DNA from: the human T2T-CHM13v2.0 reference genome, Homo sapiens
Reading direction: 5' to 3' (one strand)
Assembly (NCBI RefSeq): GCF_009914755.1
Contig: NC_060931.1
Length of the DNA stretch: 64,000 nt
Below the pieces are notes generated by a model. That model saw only the letters and a program-made list of their open reading frames with translations, was not told the DNA's origin and did not search any database. This document shows positions 35,080 through 47,342 of the stretch, piece after piece. The position numbers were made by a program, and so were the translations under genes. Positions within the stretch are counted from its first letter, which is position 1; each line of letters starts with the position of its first letter.

Positions 35080-35270
35080 CATTTGATCTAAGTCCTCCCA
35101 TCTTTGCCTGGATCTGACGTACTTTCAACCACTTCTCTGCTCATCATTTGGTTTTATTTCACCTTTTCTACCAAAGTTTGAAACATAATATTTGTAAAGC
35201 AACAAAGTTACCTGTATTCAATATGAATTTACTCTTCTATTTTCTACCACTGTCTCACCTTAATTCTTTC

Positions 35271-35311
<41 letters not shown>

Positions 35312-35489
35312 CTGTTTTGTATTCCAAACCAAAGGAAAAAGAGAACTATGCATTTGTAATTATTTTTATTTATGGAGATTGGCTCTAAAGCCAGAGTCAA
35401 CCCCACAATGGGGGCTCTTGAATACCAGTACCTTTCCATAGCTAGTGTGTTCAGATTTACAAAGTTTGTTTACTATTTTTCCTTTTTAG

Positions 35490-37396
35490 AAGCCTGGAGA
35501 GTTGATGACCTGATAGAGAGAATCCAAGAAAACGAAGACAAACATTCAAGGCAAGCTGCTTGTATCAATAGCAAAACCCTGACTGAAGAGAAAGAGAATA
35601 CATTTAGTCAAATTTACATGGAAACAAGCCTTGTTCCTTCAAGCATAATAGCTCATAATTGTGTCTCATGTGGAAAGAATTTAGAATCTATTTCGCAATT
35701 AATTAGTAGTGATGGAAGCTATGCTAGGACAAAACCTGATGAGTGTAATGAATGTGGGAAAACATATCATGGAGAGAAAATGTGTGAATTTAATCAAAAT
35801 GGGGATACCTATTCTCACAATGAAGAAAATATTCTTCAGAAAATTAGTATTTTGGAGAAACCCTTTGAATATAATGAATGCATGGAAGCCTTAGACAATG
35901 AGGCTGTTTTTATTGCTCATAAGAGAGCTTACATAGGGGAGAAGCCCTATGAGTGGAATGATTCTGGACCAGACTTCATACAGATGTCAAATTTTAATGC
36001 ATATCAGAGATCACAAATGGAAATGAAGCCCTTTGAATGCAGTGAATGTGGAAAATCCTTCTGTAAAAAGTCAAAATTCATCATCCACCAGAGGGCTCAC
36101 ACAGGAGAGAAACCTTATGAATGTAATGTATGTGGGAAATCCTTCAGCCAAAAGGGAACCCTCACTGTACATCGGAGATCACACTTAGAGGAGAAGCCCT
36201 ATAAATGTAATGAATGTGGGAAAACCTTTTGTCAGAAGTTACACCTCACTCAACACCTAAGAACTCATTCAGGAGAGAAACCCTACGAATGTAGCGAATG
36301 TGGGAAAACCTTCTGCCAAAAGACACATCTCACCCTGCACCAGAGGAATCATTCAGGAGAGAGGCCCTATCCATGTAACGAATGTGGGAAATCCTTCTCC
36401 CGCAAGTCTGCTCTCAGTGACCATCAGAGAACTCACACGGGAGAGAAGCTTTATAAATGTAATGAATGTGGGAAATCCTACTACCGAAAGTCTACTCTGA
36501 TTACACATCAGAGAACACACACGGGAGAGAAGCCCTATCAGTGTAGCGAGTGTGGGAAATTCTTTTCTCGGGTGTCATACCTCACTATACATTATAGAAG
36601 TCATTTAGAAGAGAAACCCTATGAATGTAATGAATGTGGCAAAACCTTCAATTTAAATTCAGCCTTCATTAGACATCGGAAAGTACACACAGAAGAGAAA
36701 TCCCATGAATGTAGTGAATGTGGAAAGTTCTCTCAGTTGTATCTCACCGACCATCATACAGCTCATTTAGAAGAGAAACCCTATGAATGTAATGAATGTG
36801 GGAAAACCTTCCTTGTAAATTCAGCCTTCGATGGGCACCAGCCACTTCCAAAAGGGGAGAAATCCTATGAATGTAATGTATGTGGAAAGTTATTCAATGA
36901 GTTGTCATACTATACTGAACATTATAGAAGTCATTCAGAAGAGAAACCTTATGGATGTAGCGAATGTGGGAAAACCTTTTCCCATAATTCATCCCTCTTC
37001 AGACATCAAAGAGTACACACAGGCGAGAAACCCTATGAATGTTACGAATGTGGAAAATTCTTCTCTCAGAAATCATATCTCACTATACATCATCGAATTC
37101 ATTCAGGAGAGAAACCCTATGAATGTAGTAAATGTGGAAAAGTCTTCTCTCGGATGTCAAACCTCACTGTCCACTACAGAAGCCATTCAGGAGAGAAACC
37201 CTATGAATGTAATGAATGTGGGAAAGTCTTTTCTCAGAAGTCATACCTCACTGTACACTATAGAACTCATTCAGGAGAGAAACCCTATGAATGTAACGAG
37301 TGTGGGAAAAAATTCCACCACAGATCAGCCTTCAATAGCCATCAGAGAATTCATAGAAGAGGAAATATGAACGTACTTGATGTGGAAAATCTCTGA
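35490..37396 (+). CDS. RBAK: RBAK exon 5: spacer plus 16 C2H2 zinc-finger units (14 canonical, 2 degenerate). The spliced protein is the 714-aa RB-associated KRAB zinc finger protein.
   Basis: Acceptor TTTTTAG|AAGCC. Exons sum to 15+127+96+1907 = 2145 nt in frame. The sequence [17 protein letters not shown]...[13 protein letters not shown] is recognised as RBAK, a paralogue of ZNF12. Confidence 0.96.
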
Positions 37397-40300
37397 AGTC
37401 AGATCTCAATTTTTAGAAAACTCTCTGAATATAATGAATATGGGGAATCCAATAGGAAGTCAAAGCGTTTATCTGAGAGTTCGTGTTCCTGAACGGTGAG
37501 AAGCATTTAGGCATTAGAGTCATTTTAATCCAAATTTTCACAGAGAAGAATCCCGAAGAATGTAACAAGAAGCAAAGCCTTCAGCAAGATCATACGACTC
37601 ATCGGACACTAATTTATATAGGAGTGAAGTTTTATAAATATTTAATATTTATTTTGGATTCAAATTGTATTTACATATCAGGGAATCATACAAAGGCAAA
37701 ATCTGTCAATATGGTGAATGTGGAAAATATATTGTCTTGGAAATTTGTTGTAAAAGCCATATTTCTAATGGAAAATCAGGTGTTTACAGGAAAGATCTCA
37801 GAGGCTATGAGCTCTGAATAAATCTTCATTGTATAAAATGAAGTTTTTAAATTGTCAGGAGTTGATCATGAGGACAGTAGCATTAAATAAGTATATGGCC
37901 GTTTTTTATCATGTCTTAAAAATGCAATCTAATGGTAATTCTATGCAAGTTTGGAATTGGATGACTTGTGAAGAGGCAGTTTTCTTATTTGAGTATTAGG
38001 ATGGCAAAATGTATTAAGACAGGACATATTGTTGGTGAGATAATATTTAATAGGTATAAAATGGTAAAATACCTAGTTTTCTATTTAGAGGAATTTACAA
38101 ATGGGTTTTTAACAAATGCCTCATTAGTACAGGAGGCAGTCGTTTTGTAAAGTTTTCAACTGCATCTGAGTAAGATAAGATTTTCTAAAAGACTATTTTG
38201 ATAAACTATACATACATAATTTGGAATTGTTTAAGTCTATTTCAGTGAAAGAGAACAAGCATACTGCCCATACTCTAAAATATCCCCAGCTCTCACACCA
38301 CCCTTGTTTTTTAACCCATAGGTTTGAGTGTGCCTAGTGCCAATATTTTGTAATTTAGAAATTTTATTCACAAACTTCTGTTTGGTACAAATACAGTGTC
38401 ATTGTTTTGTGCATTCTCCTTTTTCCCAGTATTTCAGAACAAATTGATTCAAGTTTCTAGCAGATATTTTTTGATCAATTAACTTAATGTCCTCGCTCCA
38501 TTTCTTGCTGGAACAGTTTAGGTACCTACCACTTCTTCACATGACACAGGGGAATCCTGATTAGTCAAAATAATAATGATTTCATTCTCTTTGCCAGTAA
38601 CTTGTTTTATAGTGGTCATATGACCTGATACTGGGTAAACAAAACAAAGATGGACTTGTTCTGGGAAAAGGTAAAATGGTAATCAAATAGATTGTGTTCC
38701 AGGAATGCAAAGGTGGCTTAATATTCACAAGTCAGTTGCTATTATACACCACCTGTAGAAAAGTAATCTGGCATGCAGAACATTCTTGTGGTACAATTAA
38801 TGTTCGTTTATGATCTTAGCAAATGATGGATTGAAAGGGACTTACTTAACTGCATAAAGAGACTTAAACTACAACAAACAATATGCTTAATGATGAAATA
38901 GTGAACATTTCTCCTAAGATTATAAAAATAAGACAAGGATATCTGCTGTCAATGATTTTATTCGGCATTGTTCAGAAGGACCTAACCAGAAAACTAATGC
39001 AAGGAAGAGAAACAAAAGGCATAGAGATTAGAAAAGAAGTAAAACTTTAAAAACGAAAAAGAATATAAATCTCTATTTGCAGATGCCATGAGTAAATTTG
39101 GTAAGTTCCCTGCATAAAAGTTATGCAAAAAGCATTTTATGATATACCAGCAAAAAACATGGAAAATGAAATTTTGAAAAGCAATGCCACTTCAAAGATC
39201 CCTCAAGTGCCTAGAGGGAGAAAATGAGTTAATATGCTTTGAAGAACTGTATCCAGAAAATAAAATTACAAAGGAGGAGAGGGATAGGATTCCAGGACAA
39301 TCTCAAAACTATTGCTTTTTCCTAAATTCATTGCAACCTTAAAATCCTAGCAAGTTCTTTAATGTAAATTAACAAGCTAATTCTAGAATTCATATGCATA
39401 TTCAAAAGTCGAATAATTGTCAAGGCTATCCTGTAGAATGGACAGAGAGGATTGAAATTTCTAAATATCAAGACCTGTTATAAAGCCATAGAAATAATGA
39501 AGGTGTTAATTTGGCACAAGGATGAAAAAACTGACTAGTGGAACAGCATACAGATTCAAAAGTAGACCCACGTGTATACCATCACCTGAGTTTTGAGAAA
39601 GGTGACATTGAAGTGTAGTGGGGGAAAGGGTGTTCTTTCCAGTAAATGTACTTTGCCAATAAAATTTTGTAATTTGATAAAAAGTTATTTGGAGGTGGAT
39701 TGCAGATCTGAATATGAAATGTGAAAGCTTTACAAAGAAATCTTAGGACAGTTTGTAATCTTGGAGTAAGCAAAGGTTTATTGAGACCCAAAAAGCATTA
39801 ACCCATAAAATTAGAACTTAATATTAAATTTGAGAACTTCTATTTATCAGAAAGACCACCAGTAAGAAAATGAACAGGAAATCATGGGGAGGAGAAGATA
39901 TTTGCAGTTCATGTATGTGACAACAGCACCGAGTATAGCAGAAGTGTTGGCAAACTTTATAAAGCAAGGCACCAGATGGTGAAAATTTTCAGCTTTGTCA
40001 CAACTGCTCATCTTTGCTATTGTGTGAAAGCATCCATACACCATGCATTAAAAAAAAAATGAGCATGGCTGCTTCCCAGTAAAACCATTCACAATCCCAG
40101 GTGGCAGTCTGGATTTGGTCTGCACTCATAGTTTTCTGGTCCCTGATCTCGAATATGTAAAGAGCACCTACAAATCAACAAGGGGGAAACTGGAAAAGGC
40201 AAAAGACTTTAGAGGATATCCACTCACTTTAGAGGATATCCAGACGGCCAATAAGCATGAAAAGATGTGTTAGCTTTATTAGTAATCAGGGAAATGCAAA

Positions 40301-41280
40301 CTTAAAACATGTAGCACTGCTACCCATCCATGGAAATGGTTAAAATGAAAAGCATGAAAAAGCATCACGTTTTGGCAAGGATGTAAGCAAGAGGAACTGT
40401 ACACTACTGGTGGAATTGCTCATCGATAAAACCATTTTGAAAGCTGGCACTAAAAGCCAAGCATATGTATACTGTTTTACCCAAACCCAGCAAAAATGCA
40501 TGTGTCTGTCCACCAAAGGACATGCACTAGAATATTTATAGCCTAAAACTGCACAAAACAGAACTATCTTAAGGCACATGTGCAATGGAATGAATAAAGA
40601 AGTGGCATATGTCCATGGAATACTGTAAAACAGTGAGCATGAATGAACTAGAAGTCCGTGTAATAACGCAGCTGAATTTAACAAACCTTGCTGAATGAAA
40701 GACTCCAGACACAAAAGCCAACATGCTGTATGATTCCTTCTATATAAATTATAAAGACGGGCAAAACTTGTATACGTGGTTTAAAATTAGGGTAGCAGTT
40801 AGCCTTGGCCAAGGCTGAAAGGGGGCATTTATCTGGTGCTGGGAATAATCTGTTTCTAAACCTAGGTGCTAAGTATTTGAGTGTGTTTTGAGCTGTGCAC
40901 TTAAGATATGTGTATTTTTCTGCATGTGTGTTAAACTTTCCATAAAAGTTTTCTAAAATCACAAATGGCTAACATTTGTGTCGCTCATCACTCTAATCAT
41001 ATTTTTCTAGATGTGTATGAATATGCTGCACAACAGGAATTAAATGGCAGATTTTGCATAATTCTGTGCAGGAAATACATATTTATAGTAATTTTGATGG
41101 CAACTACTAAGATTTCCTACGCTGTCCTTAAAGCTTAGCATAATGTATATTTTAAGTGAAATATTTGAGAAGGTTAAAGAATCATTACATACTTTGTCAT
41201 CCTATACTTTTGCATATATAAATAGGTCTGAGCTGCCTCTTCAATAAAGAAGCTAATGTGTAACATTTCATATTTCCCTA
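37397..41280 (+). other. RBAK: Probable long RBAK 3' UTR, distal poly(A) signal AATAAA at 41243-41248
   Basis: Alu-free AT-rich stretch. The AATAAA is followed by T-rich downstream sequence. More proximal AATAAA/ATTAAA sites also exist, so the end point is inferred. Confidence 0.55.
38870..40960 (+). mobile_element. Old L1 ORF2/3' fragments with a nested MER58-like hAT DNA element (~39940-40146)
   Basis: CTCTATTTGCAGATGCCATG (RT 'LFADDM' remnant) at ~39071 and an L1M 3' end. The MER58-like segment reads GTTGGCAAAC...TAGTTTTCTGGTCCCTG. Confidence 0.65.
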
Positions 41281-42382
41281 AACAAATTGTTTTTTGCATT
41301 TCTGAATTCGGGATTCATCTTAACTTTTACTGTAGGGGTGACCTTTCTTGGCAGTGAATGAATATAATGCTGAGTTGGATTTGATGGAAAATTATTTTAA
41401 AAGTATTCAGCTAAATATTTGAGCAAATCTCAGATACACAGTTAACAGCCCAGATGTAAGTGAGTGAAAGAAACAGGTCAGCAAAACTTTGCACCATTGA
41501 AAAAAAAAAAACACTTTGGGTGAGGGCTGGCTGAGCTTGTAAAAGCACAGCAAGAAGGACGTGACATTGGATGGCATAGACTGTGTGCCTCTTTTTTTTT
41601 TTTTTTTTTTTTTTGGTGGGAAGGCATTTGTTTTTTGTTTTTCTTTCTCTTATTTTTAGAGTCAAGTTCTCACCACAGCCTGCAGTGCAGTGGTGCAATC
41701 ACAGCTCACTGCAGCCCCGACTTTCTGAGCTCAAACGAGCCTCCCACCTCAGCCTCCTGGGTAGCTGGGACTACAGGTGCATGCCCCCACACCTGTCTAA
41801 TTTTTTTATTTTTTTCGTAGAGACAGCGTCTTGCTGTGTTGCTGGACTCAAACTCCTGGGCTTAAGTGGTCCACCCAACTTGGCCGCCCAAAGTCCTGGG
41901 ATTCCAGGAGTGAGCCACCTCGTCCGGCCATGTGCTTTTCATTCCACCTTACTCATTGAGGGTTAAGCTGAGCTGAAGTGTGAACAGGTGACTAATGCTT
42001 TGCTGAAGGAGGGGGAATCTGGGAGTTGGTTGGGACTTGGGGGTGTGATTCCCCCACAATGGCTCCCTTTGCTCTGTCACTCCTTTGGCCAGAACCACCA
42101 GGCAGTATGTAAGCAAGGCAGGGGCTCGCCCTTCACCCCCACCGGAAGTGCCCATTTCACAGATTTTCTCCCCCCACGCCCACATTTGCTGGTGCTTGGC
42201 TTGGGGTTGGCGAACTTTTCAATGTTGTCTCTAAATTATGGCAAAAGACACAAATGCAAGACTACTACTTTATACCTGAGGCCAAAAATTCACCCACTGT
42301 TCCTTATTCCATCCCAAATTATGTCCAGATATGAGGATGCTAGGCTCTTCAAAGAAGGGAAGCAGACCAGGCACACCTGTAA

Positions 42383-42697
<315 letters not shown>

Positions 42698-42731
42698 TAG
42701 CCAGGATGGTCTCGATCTCTTGACCTCGTGA

Positions 42732-42917
<186 letters not shown>

Positions 42918-43115
42918 TGAGCCCAGCCAACATCCTCTATAAACCCCCTCTAAAAAGCAGAAATGGGGTTAACCTGTACCAGGAAGTAGCTATGTGATTA
43001 TTTTTTCTTTCCAGGCAAGATTGCAGCACTTCCCTGGAGAAAATGAGTTCTGGCAAAAATAACCAGACATTTGAGGAACTCAGTCACCAAAGAACAAACT
43101 GCACCACCTATGCTA

Positions 43116-43250
<135 letters not shown>

Positions 43251-43699
43251 TTAGCTGGGCATGGCTGCGTGTACCTGTGGTTCCAGTACTCAGGAGGCCG
43301 AGATAGGAGGATCGCTTGAGCCCAGGAATTTGAGGCGACAGTGAGCTATGATCATGCCACTCCATTCCAGCTCGGGCAACAGTGAGACCCTGTCTCAAAA
43401 ACACAAAAACAAAAAAAAACAGGCATGCAAAGAAGCAGAAAAACAGAACCCATAATGAGTAGAAAAATAACAAAGACCCAGAAATGGCATAGATGATGGA
43501 ATTAGTGATCAGGACATTAAAACAGCTACTATGAATATTCCCCGTATGTTCAAGAAGAATGGAGAATGAACGAGAGTGAGGGACCGGAAACGACTGTGTT
43601 CCATGCTGAGGGTGGCAGAGGCTGGCCTGGATGCTGGATGAGGCTCAACTCGGGGGCCTGGGCTGTTGCACTGGGGCTGGACTGGGGATCACGGAAGAG

Positions 43700-43930
43700 G
43701 GCCAGGCCCGCGTGGGTCTCCAGGGCTGTGCTCAGGGGCGTGGTCTTCTGCAGTGGGGGCTTGGCTGGTGAGTGGAGACTCTGCGTGACTCTGGGGGCGT
43801 GGCCGAGAATGGGTGTAGCTCTGTACTAGGGCGTGGTCATGCGTAGGGGTTTGGGTGAGGCGTTAACAGTGGGCGGGCGTGGCTCGGGCTCGAGGGCGTG
43901 GCTCAGGCTCGTGGAGGCGTCCGAGCTCCA
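43700..43930 (+). promoter_or_regulatory. RBAKDN: RBAKDN promoter: small CpG-rich region with an array of KLF/SP GGGCGTGG boxes
   Basis: Exact GGGCGTGG at ~43736, ~43795, ~43829, ~43875 and ~43894, plus variants. Confidence 0.65.
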
Positions 43931-45020
43931 GGGCAGCTCTGGGGCAGAACTGTCCGGATCTAACAATCCCTGGGGAGCCGGAGACCGGTGACTGGTCCGT
44001 GGGCTAACTCAGGGCTGCTCGGGAGACATAGGCGGGCCGTGGGGGCAGGTGAAGGGTGCTGGACGTGCGAGCCTGGCACGCAGAAGCCAGAGGGCAGAGA
44101 GGAAAGGGCGTGAAGAGGGGGCGGGGCCCCTAACGCCCACCTTGTCCCCCGACAGCCGCCCTGCCCGCAGGCCATGTGGCCCCCGCTGTTGCTGCTGCTG
44201 CTGCTGCTCCCGGCCGCCCCGGTCCCCACCGCCAAAGCCGCTCCCCACCCGGATGCTAACACCCAGGAAGGCCTTCAGAACCTGCTCCAAGGTTTCAACC
44301 GCCCCATGCTGGAGGGGAGGGGCGAGGAAGGGGACTGGGGGCGGGGGGATGGACGGGAAGAGAGGAAGTCAGGGACGCAGGGAAAGGAATAGAGGAGACA
44401 GAAAGATGAGGCACTACAGACCCAGCACAGGGAACTGGATAAGGACAAGGGACCAGACAGGGGTGGGAGGATGACTGGTGGGGTCCCGAGGGTCAGAGGG
44501 TGGAGAACATGGGTTGGGCTGCTGGGCCCCTTGGCTTCGAGGCCGGCCACACACCTGGAACCCCCAGGGCACCTGCTGCGGGACAGGGACAGCGTCCCCG
44601 ATGCCCCCCCTCCCCCAGGCACAGCGACAGCACAGAGGACCAGGGGGCTGCCTGGCTGAAGAGCATCACCCTTTCTAGCCAGCACCAGGAAGTCCCCCTT
44701 TATCCCCTTCCCCAGGAGTCGGGGCTGGCGGAGACGGAGAGCTGCGGGCAGACTCACACCTGGCCCCGGGCTCTGGCTGTATTGATGGGGCTGTGGTGGC
44801 CACGCGACCAGAAAGCCGGGGAGGAAGACCTGCGGTTCCGTGAGAGGCGTCCAGGGCTGCAGGCCACGGCGACAGGCTCCGGGGAACATGGGGCTTTCCC
44901 TGTCCACTCCCAAGGAGTGTGGGCCTCAACGCATTGGCAGGGGACGGCCGTGTGCCCTCTCCAGACCCCACCCCCAGATGCATTTATTAGAAATAATAAA
45001 GTTCTTTCTTAGCTAGAGGT
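43900..45020 (+). ncRNA. RBAKDN: RBAKDN (RBAK downstream neighbour), annotated as a lncRNA. Predicted exons ~43900-44048, 44156-44291 and 44716-~45020.
   Basis: Lies just downstream of RBAK. Donor CAG|GTGAAG at 44048, branch point CCCTAAC with acceptor CCCCGACAG| at 44155, donor AAG|GTTTCA at 44291, acceptor TTCCCCAG| at 44715, AATAAA at 44995-45000. Confidence 0.75.
44174..44843 (+). CDS. Candidate 81-aa secreted microprotein, join(44174..44291,44716..44843): MWPPLLLLLLLLPAAPVPTAKA-APHPDANTQEGLQNLLQGVGAGGDGELRADSHLAPGSGCIDGAVVATRPESRGGRPAVP
   Basis: First AUG of the predicted transcript, in GCCATG context. Leu8 hydrophobic core and an A-K-A signal-peptidase site. 118+128 = 246 nt in frame, with the stop in the last exon. 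Translation is not demonstrated. Confidence 0.5.
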
Positions 45021-45236
45021 GCTGTTTCCTTTTGGGATGGGCCCGTGCCTGGTAGGCCAGGCTGTTCTGGGTTCCTCCCAGCTCCAAGCCTGGCCCTGTC
45101 TCCAGGAGGCACCTGCACTGGTTGAGTTCTCTGGGCCCCGTGTTCAGGCACTGTCTCTGTCTTCTGATGAAGCAGCTGTGTCCTCCAGTCCCTGATGCTG
45201 ACGTCCCCAGACCCTTCTCTGCACTCAGTCTGCCCA

Positions 45237-45576
45237 TGTCACCTGAAGCCCCATATGTGTACTCGATCCCTCAATGTCACCTGCAGTCCTATTTGTCCAC
45301 TGGGTCCCTATCACCTGCAGCCCCAGCTGTGCACCCAGTCCATCACCTGCAGTGGGTTTGTACACTCAGTACCTGTCACCTGAAGCCCTGTCTGTGCACT
45401 CCGTCCCTGACTGTCACCTGTAGCCCTGCCTGTGCTTCCGGTCCCTGACCTGTCACCTGCAGCTCCATCTGTGCACCTGGTCCCTGACCTGTCATCTGCA
45501 GCCACTCTGTGCTCTGTCCTTAACTGTCACTTGTAGCCCTGTCTGAACACTCCGCCCCTGACTCTGTCACCTCTAG
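45237..45576. repeat. Minisatellite, about 10 copies of a 32-40 bp unit (TGTCACCTGCAGCCCTGTCTGTGCACTCCGTCCCTGAC-like)
   Basis: The (TG)TCACCTG(C/A/T)AG anchor recurs about 10 times. Confidence 0.85.
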
Positions 45577-45808
45577 ATGCTGCAGCCTGTGGGTGTCCCA
45601 TTTGCTGGTTCCTAACCTCTCCAATGGTGGGGCACTCGGCTCTTACTCAAGGCCACCTGAGATCTCAGAGGAGCATGCTGAGTTGGGCACAGCAAGCGTG
45701 TCTAGTCCTGCTCCCCCACGGAGCACTGCTTACCACACTGAGCCTCCTGGCCCCAGCCTCAGTAACAGCACACGCTGGAGCCGCCCTTGTTACTTTCTGT
45801 CTCAGTGA

Positions 45809-45964
<156 letters not shown>

Positions 45965-46473
45965 TAGCTGGGATTACAGGCGTGTGCCACCATGCCCAGC
46001 TAATTTTTGTATTTTTAGTAGAAACAGCGGTTTCATCATATTGGTTAGGCTGGTCTCAAGCTCCTGACCTCAGGTGATCCACCCACCTCGGCCTCTCAAA
46101 GTGCTGGGATTACAAGCATGTGCCACCGCGCCCAGCAGGTGGTTTCTTAAAATGTTAAACCCACACCTGCCTATGACCCAGTCATTCCATGGCCTGGACA
46201 CTTACCCAAGAGACATGAAAGCACACGCCTCACAAACACTTGTACACAAATGCTCATGGCAGCTTGATTTATAATTGCCGAATTTTAGAAACAACCCAAA
46301 TAGCAACAGGTAGAATGGATAAACACCATGATATAGCCTCATGAGGGAATGTTCATCAGCAATAAAAAGGAAAGAATTACTGATACATGCAACATGAATG
46401 GGTCTCAGAAACATATTCTGAAAAAAAATAAAAGCCACTAAAAAGTACTGCATATAATTCTTTTTTTTTTTGA

Positions 46474-46692
<219 letters not shown>

Positions 46693-46926
46693 TGATCTGC
46701 CTGCCTCGGCCTCCCAAAGTGCTGGGACTACAGGTGTAAGCCACTGCGCCCTGCCAAATACTGCATATAATTCTATCCTTGATGAAATCCTAGAAAGGGC
46801 AAAATCTCAGGCCAGGCACAATGGCTCACACCTGTACTCCCAGCACTTTGGGAGGCTAAGGTGGGTGGATTGAGGTCAGGGGTTCAAGACCAACCTGACC
46901 AACATGGTGAAACCCTGTCTCTTCTA

Positions 46927-47073
<147 letters not shown>

Positions 47074-47342
47074 TCAAAAATAATAATAATTAATTAATTA
47101 ACGGGGTGTGATAGTGTGCTCCTGTAGTCCCTATTCAGGGGGCTGAGGTGGGAGGATCGCTTGAGCCCAGGAGGTTGAAGCTGCAGTGAGCCGTGATTGC
47201 GCCTCTGCGCTCCAGCCTGGGCAATAGAGTGAGACCCTGTCTCAAAAAAAACTCGAGTCTACACTGACCGCAGATCCGAGATTGCCTGGGGATGAGGGTG
47301 GGAGAGGATGGGGTGACAGGGACAGAGGGAAGCTTCTGGGGG

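Noticed and set aside
35372-35489. N-terminal [18 protein letters not shown]... extension of the 674-aa ORF
   Set aside because: It is intronic. A polypyrimidine tract and AG acceptor at 35489 give an in-frame join to the KRAB exons.
36831-37370. 179-aa alternative-frame ORF ([11 protein letters not shown] repeats)
   Set aside because: This is the typical shadow frame of C2H2 finger arrays, with no independent evidence.
43858-43872. GCGTTAACAGT as an A-MYB site in the RBAKDN promoter
   Set aside because: It does not match YAAC(G/T)G exactly, so the support is too weak.
44174-44392. Unspliced 72-aa version of the signal-peptide ORF
   Set aside because: After 44291 the sequence is G-run-rich and intron-like, so the spliced form is preferred. 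The donor AAG|GTTTCA is weak, so intron retention is not excluded.
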